This document shows positions 39,095 to 54,000 of a stretch of 64,000 nt of DNA, in pieces. The stretch comes from Bugula neritina (Eukaryota; Animalia; Bryozoa), in assembly GCA_964035545.1 (NCBI GenBank), contig OZ037767.1, forward strand, positions 27,482,628 through 27,546,627. Reading direction: 5' to 3'. Every line of letters begins with the position of its first letter. The stretch's first letter is position 1. The notes under the pieces were generated by a model. It searched no databases and had not been told where the DNA came from. It saw nothing but the letters and a program-made list of their open reading frames with translations. The translations under genes and the position numbers were made by a program.

Positions 39095-42000
39095 TTAGAC
39101 TATCTCCTCGCCAGACATGCCTGCCACAATAGCTTGCAGCCGACTTAGTTCCGATCTGTAAGCTTGACTTTGGTTCTTGAGCTCATCTATCTGGTGCTGC
39201 AGTTTGAGGTTCTGTTTGGTCTTTTCTTTCAAGTCGTTTCGATTATTCTTGTCTCGCTTTGTGAATTCTTGTATCTCTGCTCGTAAATTCTATAAGAAAA
39301 TTTTTTAGTATAAAAATATGATGAAGATTTTGTCTTGACAAGTGCTGAATTAGTATGAAGATTTCACAACTTTGGGATGAATTGTTTATGAATTCATTTC
39401 AACGATTATAATTAAACATAAATGTTTTACGCTTTGGTATCAGTTTTGAGACACAACATAACAGAATGTGAAAAAGTGGTAAAAAACTCACTTGAACTTC
39501 AGTAGCGTAGTGAACTTTTGACTTCCTCAGATCCACAATCTCCTTTTTGAGTAACGCTATGTAATCCAAGTCTGGTTCACAGTTGGGGCATCTGTTACAC
39601 GACCCGCTATCAACATAAGACTTGTTACCATTTAGCCTCAGCTCCCAAGTTCCATGTGGAGTTTCAGTTGGAGACATACTACCCTATAAAACACATAAAT
39701 GTTATTAGCGTCCTAGCATTGTGGCCATTGACATGACTTCCAGTTGTATTAGTAATACCTAACCTGTAATAATTACAATATTTAAATACATATTATATAC
39801 ATGTACACAATTTTTCTAGCTGTAATTATTATAACTAGCAAATTTCGTCATCATTGAAAATGGAACTAGTGTTAGATGAATGTATTCATTACAACTAAAT
39901 TGACTAAAATACTCGTAATATACGTAATATGCTGGTCGGATGAGTTCAGTTCACACCTGTGTATTCTAATTTCCTAATATTGAGCACCAGGTATCAACAA
40001 GTGAATATAGACATGTAATACTGCACTTACAACACCAGTATCAGAGTCATGGTCCTGAACCAGGAAGCCTTCATCATCCTCTCCACCGTAACTTCCTATA
40101 GAGGTCGGTGAACTAGATCGACCATTCACTCGATAAGATCTGAAAACACATCATGTCAGAAATAAAAATCTTATGTCATAACATCTAAACTGAAGTTGAT
40201 TTGACATCAACTTGCAAATCATGACTTACAGTAGACATCATTGCTTAAAAATGAGCATCATAACAAGCGCCTAGAATCTGCTGCCCCTAAAGTGGATAAT
40301 TAGACTAACAAGTGTACTAGATAATTATTTAATTAGCAGCAGCTTAAGTATATATACTGCGTGCATGAAATCGCTGGAAGGGCTCAGGAATTTCACAAAT
40401 AGAACATTGGAAGTCATTGTAGCCACTTTTTGTTCTGATATTGTGTAACATATGTTTGTGACAGATGAAGCAGTTTACTCAGACTTCATCCTGATTAATG
40501 TGGCAATTAGCTTTCCTTGACTAATTCAGCAAGATATACTAGGCACTTATCAGCTCATTGACTAGTTAATCGCAGCGAAGATGAGTCTAATGCTTCACTA
40601 ATCCTTCAAACGAAAAAGTTGGTGCAAAAAACTGTTTTTCACAAAGCAAAAAATGTGCTCTACAAAATTGAAGTTTATCAAAACTAATAGTTTAACTTGA
40701 CATCTTAGTTATGGGAAAAAAGCTTGTAAAATAGATAAAATGAATGGCTCACCTGCCGCCATCTTTAGGACTGGTATCAGAGCGAACACTGCTGTTGTCG
40801 TCAGCTGACTTATAAGAGGAACCGCGAGACCTGAAGCTCGCTAAACTTGAACTCTCATTCCATGTTTTATTCAGGTTTAATGATGCAGAGTTACGATCCC
40901 ACGACGCGGTGTGACTAGAGATTGCCAGGTCTGAGTGCATCTTCTTGTGTGAGTAGGGTAATTTTGTAATCTTGTGATCCTACAACATAATGCAACATAA
41001 CTACAATGAGTATATGGCGTTCATGTATTCAGACTATATTTAGCACATCAAATCTAGCTAATTTACATACATTGTATCAAATTCTATAACACATTGATTG
41101 TATATTATAGTAAACGAGCTAAAGAAATTTGTGGTGATATTGTAGTAGAAAGAAATTTACAATTCCAAGGAAGTTTTATTGGTGTGACTCATTCATAACA
41201 CCAGGATTAAGTAACTTCTTTTGAAATCAGATATGATTAGTTGTTATTAAATTTTAATCTCAATCCTCTTTCAGTAGATTTCAGAGCATTTAGTTTTTAA
41301 AGCTGGTTTATTATCTTTTAAAGTGACTAATACATTGCTTGCCCTAGTTTTAAAAGCCTCCTGAAAGAAAAGCCGTAAGACTCATTTGTTATGAGTCATT
41401 GCATTACTCATAACTGTGAAAGGAAATGTTTTAGTAGCAGTGTATTCATTTATACAATTCACTACCATTCTTGTCACAGGTTTTGGCACAATACTGAACA
41501 GTTCTAATAAGTTCTTACGCTCACTTTAACTTATCCATAGAAACCAAAAGTAAAATACCACAAAACGACTTTTAATTTTATACTTTGAAGTTGACAGATG
41601 GCATGATAATGATAACTTAGGAAAAGTTATTTTAGTTTAAGGAAGTAGCCAACTCGGATGCGCTCTAGCGATATCACCATTTTGGGAAGGTTGCTATTTA
41701 TAACCAACCTGTGTGGGTGTTTTTGATCCTTCTGAGGAAGCGGAGCTAGAGGTGGATCTCTTAGTGCTGTAGTTAGTTTCTGTAATTCTCTTAAGTGCCA
41801 GCTTTTTGAAAGAATCAAATATATTCATAGCAGACTTCTCCTGGGTTGAAGAAGTTAAGCCACACCAGGAGTCTAATGTTAGCTTGAGTAAGTCATCATA
41901 AAGTTCAGACAAGTAAGCCAACTTTGTTCTTTCCTGAAAACGAAATGGTTAAATATTTTAGATCCATAAACATCCCCAATTCTGACAATAATTGACACAA

Positions 42001-45000
42001 TCATCAACAGATGCAGTTCCACCTGCAAGATGAAAAAAAATAAACACAATTAAAAATGTCCCTTTTTTAGCCACTAATCCTCTTGAAAACCATCATTGAG
42101 CATGATATATTCACTAAATATACCAAAAAAGAAAAATCAAATGTTACAGGCTGACAACCAGCACTAAGCAAAACAACCCATAGATAATGGCCAACTCTTT
42201 GATGATATAACAGCAAACAAACCATTTTATCTTTGAATTGTGGAGCCAAATGGCATGAGTATTCTGCATTCAACAGCTTAGTGAGTAGAAAGTCTCTGAT
42301 AGATTCTTTCTTGACTAGCTTTGACTTCTGCAAAGGTGGTCCAAAATTGTTTGGAACGTCAGTTCGGGCTGCCACACTAATCTAAAAAATTGCGAAGAAC
42401 ACTGGTTACAATATACCAAGCTAGTGCCAGAGGTTTTTTATGCAAATTAATCGTCACTAGCTTCTAGAGATTTGGCAGACGAAGCCATTTCATATAGTCT
42501 TTACATATAAAGTAATGCCTCAGTCAGTCTTTTATCTAGACATATAATTATATATTCTAAATGTTTTATAATTATGAATGTTTGAAGGGAGGTTCACATC
42601 CTGAGTAAAATGTACACATAACTAGTCAGTGTATCAGAGTTCAAAGGGAAAAGGTACTCCTTTACCAGCATACTTGAGAGAAACTAATGTGAACAACCTT
42701 ACAAATATTCTTTCTTGATACTTCATCACTGCTGATACCTTCAACTAGTTCTACAAACTCCTTAGTTACTAAATTGAATGTTAATGTGTGAAATAAATGG
42801 CCTACAGATTCTTGTAATTAAAAAACAATCCCTTTACAATTCACTATGAAATGTAATAACTCATTTATATTACACATTCTTGCAATTAAATAACAATCCC
42901 TTTACTATAAAATGTACTACACTAATGTATGTTAGTGTCTTTACAGTTGAATTGTCTCACCTTGTATCTTGTATTTTCAGTGCATGGCGCTACAGGTTGA
43001 ACTATGATATATGCGTGTAGAAATTGTGATGCAATAGCGTTTGGAATAAATGGTGTACTTTCTTCTTGAAAAACAATGGCTACTATATCATTTCCTATGT
43101 GCCGCTTCCTCTGCAACTACAAGGAAACAAAACACTAATTATTATACAGCCCTTTTGTTGTGTAAAATCTCACACCCATACCATTTACCATCTCCATTAC
43201 TTCACAATGAACTGGAATATGAATACTAAATTAAAGCCAAAGAGTTATAATGATTAAGCAAATCGGAAGCAATCAAGCCTAGCATAGATAAAGTTTGAGA
43301 TTTTGGTCTTATTTGGCAACAAGAACTTCTATATTATCTATAAAACCCTATGATAAGAATGATAGGAAGTAGAGTTCTAAGTAACGCTCCATTTACCCTG
43401 CATTGGAAATTAGTAAACAGATTATTAATCATGTTAAACTCAAAATGATAGTGATTTATATTTCATTCAAGTCAATGAAGTGGATTGTTTAAATATAGTA
43501 TCTAAATATACTTGCAGTCTAGTTTGAATTACATTACAATCTTTGCTCTATGTAGTTAAGGTAAACTGATGAAAATCAGTCTAAGTTTTCATAACAAGAA
43601 CAATACTAAGTTCAAGTTCAATTTTTTCATTTATAAACCATTTATTCATCACATGCTTGAGCTAGAAGCCAAGTTTTAAAGATCATATTAACCAAATGGT
43701 AGCTTTTCAATTAGGTTTTATTGCTGCAATAAATTAAGGAGATTTATTGTAATTGATAAAAAATCATTAGTCTGCATTGGTTTATCATGATATCTATATA
43801 ACCAGGATATTGCATTACAGTGTAGACAACTACAGTGTTGACCTTGACCTACCTGCTGGGAGTCATTATCTGTGTACGGCAGCATTGTAGACACGTGAAA
43901 CATAATTTCTCGGCCTTCAAAGTTTGTGTGAATAGATTCAGCGCCTGTTTGACCTTTCAAGGTGTCAAGGCCACCCCGAAACCCATCAAATCCTTTCAAC
44001 GGTATTTTCTCTCCAATTTGTTCTAGAAATTCACTAAATGCGGGCGTTGTCACTTTGTTTCCAAAAAGCTGTTCTTCTTTTGTCTACAGCAAATAGAAGG
44101 GTGTGAAATTTACTATTGGATGATTTAAAAAAAAGAACTTTGTTAAAACACGTAAGTGAGATATGGAAACTTGATTACTCAATAGACTGAGTTGAGACTC
44201 TGTAAAATCAGTTAGTTTAGGCACGTTCTGGAGTTCATATACTGTTTTAAGCAGATAAGAGTAGATCTGCAGTTTGACAGCTGCTGCCATTACAATGCTG
44301 ATGACATCACAACATATTCAGAATGAGGTCATAAAGAATGAGTATCAACCATCACAAGTATGCATTTTGAAATCAATATTCCATTACATAATATTTACAG
44401 GAAATGTGTCACCAATAGGATTATACATAACAAAAGTGCTTGTCTGCTGCGTTACCTGCAGAAGTGGTTAAAATAGCCTCAAAAATGCAACTTTTGACAG
44501 TTTTTTAAGAAAAATGAACTACATAGATGTCACTGCAGGTTATACCAAAAATATCTGTCTGTTATGTTGAGTCACCTGTAACCTGGTAACGCCAATGTGC
44601 AGGATGGGGCATACCATCTACTTTCATGCATTATGCCAGCAGACGTTTTTTAACTTTATAGTGTCAAAAGTGCAACAATAGCTATTTGGCACACAATTTT
44701 AAAAGATGAAACATTGTGTTGCTATTTTAGATACACACGCAAATTCACACGTGCTTGCGCCATACCAACATTTGCTTATAAAACAAATTGAACAAAGATA
44801 TTTCTTGCAAACAGCATTTACTTGTTCTACTGCTGGGCTGTTTTTCAAAAGCCTTAGGTTTTTGGTCAGTTGTAACTTTAATAGGGGGAGAAATACGGAT
44901 GTGCTTTATTACAGTATTCCATTGCATGTGCAGATGAAGCAACTAGCTGTCATGCACTCGACTGAAGTATGCTGCTGGTAATAGCCATGAGTCATGGTAT

Positions 45001-48000
45001 AAAGTTTTGAGAGCTTTCTTATAGTCTGCAGGTGTACAGGTGATTTCAACTCCCAAAAATTCAAATCACCAATTCAAATAAAGCAATAACTTTATATAAT
45101 GAGGATTTAGGGCTGAAATCAACCACTAAAATGTTCCTATGAATTATGCTAAGGTCACCTAACAAATAGATATTAATCTAATTTTTTGCTCAATAACAAA
45201 AAAGAGGTTAAAATGCCACAAGATAACATCAATTGCCTAAATGGGCAAGTTTGTCTGGCTAAAGTCAGGTCTTGGCAAATAACGGTATCAGCATCAATGC
45301 CCAGGGTTATGTACAGGGGATAGCATTTTTTACAATTTCTAATTTAACAAAATATTATAGTTTTCAAAATCATGCAAGAAATTGAGCATAAATCTTATAC
45401 CTGTCCTTTGCCCTGGTATATGACGCCAAACTTGAAGTCTTTGTTGAAAAACTTCTCATCAAAGGTCATGATGAGTGGAGAGGCTTCCAGTGTAGTCACA
45501 GGGTAGAACTTGTTGGTGGTGACTTTGTCATTGCACAACTGTTAAATAATAGTTTGTAGGTAAATCAGGTATAAAATAGCTTGTAGACTTAGAGCTGAAG
45601 ACGCCAGCTCAGCCCTCAGGCCAACATTCACGTGAGCTATGTACTTGTGTGTACCAGTTTAGAGGTGTTTTTGTTACGGAAGGTAGTAGGAAATCGTTGC
45701 TGTAGCTGGCAAGAATTTTATTTAGTTGGAGGGCTGATCAAAGATAGAAAAAACTCTAATTTTTAGGCAGTACTTTATTTAATATACCTTTAATATACAC
45801 AAATATATGCAGCTTATGCTAATTTATGACCATTCAGTTAACAACATAATTTATCAACAACAATTAGGCTCAATATATTTAGTATTGGAATATTCAATAT
45901 CAATTAGCTAATAAACTTCATCTATGAATAATTATTACCAGGGAGGGTGACATTAATTATTTTTTCAACTCCGAAAATTTCAACCTAAATCGAGGATTTT
46001 AAGTCAAGATATTTCAACTTAATGGATGAAAGAAATACCTTTGTGAGTCCCAAGATGGATGGCTCAACATTCTCAGTCTCGCACTTCACCAGTTCATGTA
46101 CAGTGTTAGCCTTGGTTCTTACAATTGTCCTGTACAACTTGCCGGCACCTGGGTGGAACTCCTTCTTGATAGACACAACAACAGGGCCAAGAATATCATC
46201 TTGTGCCAGATAGTTCTGGTGTTCCTATGCAAATATAAAAAGGAGTGGTTACATAATATACAACATCATTAAAATAATCATCAATTCGATTGAATATTCA
46301 GTACATGAACAGCAACTTTCTCACACTGGTGTCACTGCTGCCTTGTTTCATAGGCAGCACACATATTGGCCAATACTCGAACAGTATTATAGAGAAATAA
46401 GCATACGTTTCTTAAAACTACCAAGTTAGACATAAGCACATTAATGTTGAAACTTGTCCAACAGTTACAACTTACATAATCATGTGGGTAATCTTTATAT
46501 TCTAATTATGCAAATAGAAATAAACAATGCAAAATTTGGAAATACTTCTACAGAGTTTATGGTGAGCACACAGTAGCATTAATCACAACTAGCTAACTTT
46601 ATATTCTAAGAAAATAAGGCCATTAGAATAATACCAATGCATCTGCCAGACCAATAATTGGTAATTTTGTGGTAAACGTTTAAATTGAAATAAAGCTGAA
46701 TCATCATAGAGTTAAGGTAAGAAGCAATAAGAAACTAAAGGAAGTCTAATAATATAAATAGATGGAACTGTTGGTAGCCCATGAGCTAGCCTGCTTATTG
46801 GTGCAGTGGTTGATTTGCCAACATTACAAGTTACAACAGAAGAATATTTATAAATTTATGACTATCGATTTAATTAGCATACGTCAAAATCCCATTTATA
46901 GTAAATTTATGTGTGACAATCTTGACTGGCTCACTACATGGCAACTAGCAAATGAGATGATGTGTTACATAGAACTAGCAAATGAGATAGTGTGTTACAT
47001 GGAACTAGCAAATGAGATGATGTGTTACATGGAACTAGCGAATGAGCCATACTGTACATTGACTAACCTGAGCTGCAAAGTACTGCTTGTAGTAATTTAG
47101 GGAGTCACTTCGAAGCAGCTCGTAATTCTTTGGGTCAAGTTCAGCTATTCTTAGCATGTGATCTGAATCACTCTGCCTTCGGTCAATAAACCCGTCCACC
47201 CAGTAACCACCGTGTATCGGCTCTAGCACTTGGGGGTACGGCCCTTTAGAGTTCTTCAGCATCTGAAATTTAGATAATGAAAAAATAAAGCTATAGTCTT
47301 AGTATTCAACCTAAACGTATATCAATGTACAGCATTTGCCTAAAACCTGCCACAATTTTGCTTAGTTGTAGTTTGTAAGTGAGTGAAAAGTCAAGTGCAC
47401 CAACAACTGCTAAAGGGCCCTCAATACACAAACACCATTATTACTCAGTGTGGGTCTTGTGCCATCTCAATTACAGCTAATAGCAACTGCTAATCAATTT
47501 TAGTGCTCACACCATCTGTGTCTCAACACTCGGAGCTAATTTTCGGCGTTCATTTTGTAAAATGCATGCTAGAGAAACTGAAATGCTTGAATTTACTTTC
47601 CACTGACCAGCAGTAAGTAAATTCCTTCAGCATGATGTATGATCACAAGTTACGATATACAGCAGCATGATGTGTGACCATCAGTCTTGTATTACGTATG
47701 ATAGTTATTCGTATTATGTATGATAGTTATTCGCATTATGTATGAATATTAGTAATATTATGTATGATTCTTATTCTACTATGTTTGATCATAGCTTGTA
47801 TGATGTATAAACACGAGTATAGTATCATATGTATCATGAACATTAGTAGTAATATATATGACCATCATTGCTTGTATAATGCATGGTGATCATTTGTAGC
47901 TGTAATGCATGAGAATTATTCGTATTATCATTACTAGTGTGATGTATGAAATAATGTAACATCACTAGTGGCAGCAGTTATTAGTTTCATATGTTGCTGT

Positions 48001-51000
48001 CTGCTGCATAAAGGCAGCACTTTGATCAGCCTACTGTGCAGAATTCTAGATAACATCACTACTTGTTTATATAATGATGTCTGTCAGCTGTAGTCTATGT
48101 TATCTAACTACCTACATGTGTATATTCCTCTCTTCATATAACTATATACCTGTATACATCCCTCTCTTCATATAACTATATATCTGTGTATATCTTTAAA
48201 TATTTCATTTAAACAAGAACAGCATGCAACTTATAGAAACGGCTAGTAACAACTTTTAACTGGGAAGTTGAGCTCAGACTAATGAAAAACAGCGCCAAGT
48301 GATAAATGCAGTGCCTAGACTTACCTCAGTAACTCTCTCATGATCTGTAGATTTTTGTGTTTCGTAAGTTAGGTGGGATACAGATCTACATTTCTACAAA
48401 TACATATAGCAGACTTGTTTACTTGGGAGTTTAGAAAGAAGATATTTTATTGAGCTATAATTATATGTTTATGGCCTAAAAGTTGCAACACAACCAATGC
48501 AGGCTTTATTGTTAATTAGATTTTACAGATAAAAACATAACAAAAGGTAGAAAACTGCTATAAACTCTACCATTTTTACTTGACTAGCAATACACTGCCC
48601 TCATATCTAGTACACTGGCATGTACAAATCGTAGACTGACAGTTGGCCCTCTACAACTACCACCCATTATTCTATTTGTTCTAATGATATGAAGCAAATA
48701 AAAATATGAAAATTTGCACGTTCAGCCATGGAAGCCCAGTCAATCAAATTATAAAACGAAGATTTGTAAATAAAACAATTTGAGATAGCTTCCAGTTGTC
48801 TTCTCATGAACATAGCATGCCGCTGCTGTACTCACCTGTATGACTCCAGGCAGCTCACATCTCTGATCATCTATTCTAGAGTTCTGAGTTCGAGCGATCA
48901 AGTCAAACAGATCCATGGTGTTGTCGGATTCTCTGACACTAGCAGTGGCAGGGGTCTTCCTGTGAGAGTCACAGTATATAGCTTCGTCGGTGCCATTTTT
49001 CTTGGGCCTGAAACAACACAAGCCCTTTGAATACATCTTCCGCAGTTGAGGGATTGGAGAGAAATGCAAGTGAATTGCTTTAAATGTATCAATTTATGAA
49101 ACTGACATTTAAAATAGAAAGGGGGCCTTTCCAGTTGTGAATGTTCTATATCAAAGTGATAAACAAAGAATTATCTCAAAAGAGCAAACAAGCCATGTAA
49201 GCTGTAGCAGAAGATGCACGGTTAGCCTAAGTTTCTAAAGTTATATTTATATACATGATGTATACAAGCATTTAATGATGTATGAAAAATAAAAGTGCCA
49301 ATTGTAATTGGTAGCTTATCTCCCTTGATTGTACATTATCAATGCTAATTACGCTCTCCCTTGGGGCTCTGTTTATATTATTAAGAGGGATGAAGCAACA
49401 CATGCTATTTTGTGTAGTATAATTATATTAAGATAATACTAACTCAAAGAATGACTTTATCAATTGACTGAAATAGTAACTTTGCTCTCTGATTAACTGA
49501 TATGACTTGATTCAAATATGTACTGAAGTTCACCAGTCAAGTTTTTTTACCAGTTATCATTTAAACCTAAAAAGGAAAACTCCATGGTCTTTGATAACAT
49601 GAATATTATTGGATAACAAACTACTACTTCTAGTCATACTATTCTTGTTATACTTAGTCAGCCTCGGAAATGATTGGTCTCAAATGTTTTTAATTAGAAT
49701 CTAGATAACTTTATATAAATAGTTTTTGTTGACAGCTTGTACTTTCCTCTAACAAATAAATCATTGTGCTCCAAGTTTCTCAACGTTTAAGGAAACATAC
49801 AGTTACTGTGTGGAGCTGTTAGAAACATATCATTGTTCATCTAGGGACACATGTGTTATAAGAGCAGAATCATCTTACAATGTCTTTATTCTGTTAGCGT
49901 GATAAACATTAGCTGAAGATAATAAAAAACAGCAAACGAAGCTGTAATTTAATTGTAATATAAATAAGGATCCGCCCTATATGCTAGTTATAGGACTTCA
50001 CTGTTTTAAGTCAATCAATAAGGGTAGCGGGTAGGCCACCCCAACGCTCGACAAGAGCATTTCATGATCTCACACACTGTTTAATGCTGAGTCAACTGCT
50101 TATGTAGTTGTAGACATTACATAGACAGAACTTTCTCAAGAGCTAAGTCTAACTGATGCTGAGCTTGTTTTATGAGTGATGCTGGCGTGGAATTCTTAGA
50201 GCTCAGTCTAACGAACCTCCATCTAACAGCTCACCAGCATAATATTGCTCTCTCTATAACAATTGGTTGGTATCTGAAGATATCTAGTATTGATTTTATC
50301 GTTTGATGCTACTGTGAATATTTCTATGTATAAGATTGCTCCTCTAGTAAGTGTAAAATATGATACAGCCAAGTTGGAAGTGGTTGCTCATTAAGTTAGT
50401 GAAGATATCATGGCCAGTTGTGGAAGGGTGGAAGAAGGCTTGAATTGTTACATCATAAAATAGTACCAGCAATCCCAAAATGCAGTTTTATCTAGCCTTG
50501 CGGTTTGCCACACTGTACCAACATTTTAGTTCAAGTTTTATGTTACTGGTTTCAGTGAATATGGTGAATACATTAGCAGTAACCACCAGCAGCTTGCATA
50601 GATACAAATGAACGCAGCAATCGTAATAATGTCAATACACTGGGCCACTATCAGTGTATGATAAAATACTGCTTTTTACAGATGCTAATGAAAAGCAAGA
50701 CCAAGATTTATTCCTGATAAAGACTCATTGACCCCATGTAGAGATTAAGATTATAATGTATTGCTTCAACTGTAGGCCTTAACACTTCAGTACAATGTAT
50801 TGAGTTCTACGTTATTGGTAGGGAATGAAGAGGGTACATGCCCCTACTCTACAGCATGAGCCCTACACAACTATAATGCACATCTATCCATCAATTATTA
50901 TAGTATATATCCTCAAATACCATTAATATAATATCAGTCAATAACTAATGCGACACAATATCACAGTATCACGGAATACCTGTGTACTATGGAGATGAAA

Positions 51001-54000
51001 CATTGTTTCATTGCATTAAAACAGAGAGGCCTGCAACTAGCTAAATCCATAACACACTGCACATTAAAAATATCATCAATTATCATATTTTGCATCGAAC
51101 CATCTGCCACTAAAGGTTGATTTGGGAATAATTCAGTCCCTTTGATGTTGAAGCAAAACTCAGTGCACAGAAAATAAAATAGAAACCCAGAGATACTGCC
51201 TATCAAAGACAGCATTTTTTGATAATGATTAATGCTAGCAGGTGTTGTGTTGTGACTGCTGCATATTAAAGCAAATGCTGAGCATGTCACATTACCTTCA
51301 ATATTCTAAAAATAGCATAGCCTATAACTGCACAAGGAATATGCACACATATATACCTATAGTAAATATCACTGGTAGAAATGTAATTAGCCACTTAGTC
51401 TGAAATTTCTTAGTAACACTTCATACTTTATAGAGTGAAACACAGCATGTAACCACCTTAAATTAAATCAATAAATCTACTCCATATAATGTCATGTTAC
51501 ACTGGTGAAGTGAAAGTTAATAAGTACTGTATATCACATTATCATTATGTAATAGATGTGTTAATAATATACTCTACATTATTGGTATGAGCCACATGAT
51601 ATACCAGTAAGAATTTAGAAGAATTTGAAAGAAAACGCATTAGCAAACACTTAAATGGTAAACACTAGAAAACTATAATTATCAACTCCAGCTGACAAAA
51701 CCAAATTAGAGTTACATTCAACCAGAAACCAGCCACAACTCACTTTAAACTCGAGTGCACTCCAGCACCCTATAAAATGATTTTTTAATTAAGCTCGCTC
51801 AGTGACTAAGTGTTTTAGTGATGAACGAAACCCCAAGTTGCAAAACTTCAAAACCTATTGAATCATATTAGACCAAAACATATGTCCATGATTAATTCTA
51901 CCAAGTTGAGTTGGCGAATAAAATCAAGAAATACACAGAGCATGCAATATGGGTAGGTAGTTCTTTTTGCATGGCTCATTATCATTATGAATTATTTAAC
52001 TCACTTTTGCCAAGATGTGATTCTTCGTCGCAGATCTTGCAGCGACCCACGCCAGCTGGCATCAGAGCCGCGACGCAACTTAACTAAAGAGCTGTGACCA
52101 TCTTCTGGAATGAGATGACTGCGATGTTGATGGGAGAGGTTTTCTCCGTATAGTGACCCACTCTGATCGAACACAGATAGATTGCTAGTGCTACTACTTC
52201 CATCCATTCTAAATGCAGCACTCATCATGGTGAATACCGAGCTAAAAGCAGCTGCGAACTGAGGTGCTACTAGCTTAAACCACTTTGTGTATTGAAAGAC
52301 TAATTATAGGATGAATTATGCGATCCAATTTCGATCTGGCAACAGCAGTAAATCCATTAACTTCCAGACAGATTTGTCAAACAAATAGGAACTCAGTCCG
52401 AGTCTATATTGATCGTTGATGTATGATTCACTCAAAGAAAGAATATTGTTGTATAAAGCTGAGAACTTGATGTTCACCTAACCGTCTTTTGTCACGAAAT
52501 TATAGTGAACAATTTTTCACAAGGAAAACCTTACAGTTACCAAGAGTTAACAAATTGAGTTGCTTATTGCTAGAGAGTGTCTTCCTTAATACAAGGACTG
52601 CAACCTTTCGAGTACCCTGTAGTGAGCTAATGATTCATAGAGAAGCGAGTGAATAAGCTCCTCCCATTATCTGATGATAATTGAAAGGTTTCCATAGCAA
52701 CGTCAGTGACATAGCATGTAAAATGACAAAGGCCCGTTATCTCTCAACAAAGCGGCTTTACTTTTTATAACGTTGTTGATTGGAAATTACTCAGCTACGT
52801 GTTAATCAATTCATAATGTGTGCTAACTAAAGGGTAATAATTATACCGTTTTTTTAGGTTACAATGATAAAACTTTATAATATGGAGTTATTATCCCATT
52901 TTCATTTGAATATAATTCAGCAACTAGTACTACTGTATATCTATTATCTACAACCATTGAAATAATGTAAGAGTAGTTTTAATTCAGTGCCTACAACTTA
53001 AAAGCCATGCTACTGCTTTGGGTATGCAAATTGAATACTTTTTCTATTTCGATAAATCTATATGTCAGTTTAAAATTACGAGATATTCACATTATATAAT
53101 ACAACATACAAATAAAGACCGTAACAATAACAAAACCTTCTTGCTTGTTTTCTAACTTGGTCAATTTTTGAAAATAAAATTTTATGAATGCTAAATATAA
53201 GGTAAATATTGTAGAATAAACCAGTAATACTTGAACTTTGATTTGCCTATAAAGCAGACAGTATTCTAAGATACAGTGCATGTATAATATAACATAATAA
53301 AATATACACATGTTGATAAGAATATTAAGCTGATAAATGCATGCGCTGTTTATTGTTACAATCAGATAATGTTAATACATAGGAAAAATTTTGCATGTAA
53401 ATACTGCACCATATTTGCATTAAATTTCTAACATCTATAATGTAGCAAATTCAATATCAATTAGGTAACTACACTGTTTCTTATTTAATCTCCATTTAAC
53501 ACCGGAGTATTTGCCCAGTGTATTGAGAGGACAACTCCTGTAATTCATTAACATAATTTGGCCAACTGGGTCAAATATTATAAACAGCATTTACCTTTGA
53601 AGGCTACAGACTTTAAAATGTATTAATAATTATTAAATTCTTGAGTGTATAAACTAAATCGTTTGATAAAATCACAGAGCTTCTAAGATCGAGAATATTG
53701 ACAAGTGTTGTGCTAAACATGAGTTGAAGTACACATCAGGCTGGAATTAGAATGGCAGAAGAAAGGAGTTGACCTATAAGCTCATTTAAATGCTACGGAT
53801 AAAATGGTTCGTTTTTACACATTTAAAAAAGTTCAACGTCATAAATAAAAATAAATTAGATGTTAGCTATTTTATAATATAAAGTCAAAGCAACTATAAG
53901 AAAGGAACGCAAAGCCACAAAGCAATTGTAAGGAGCAAAAGTTATTCACAGATCTTTTCTGCGATCTACGTAGAAATGTTACATGTAATAGGTAATATTA

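Noticed and set aside
46762-47100. 112-aa ORF with ELANEMMCY repeats (+ strand)
   Set aside because: Produced by the 30-bp intronic repeat, antisense to Rap1GAP; no other coding support.
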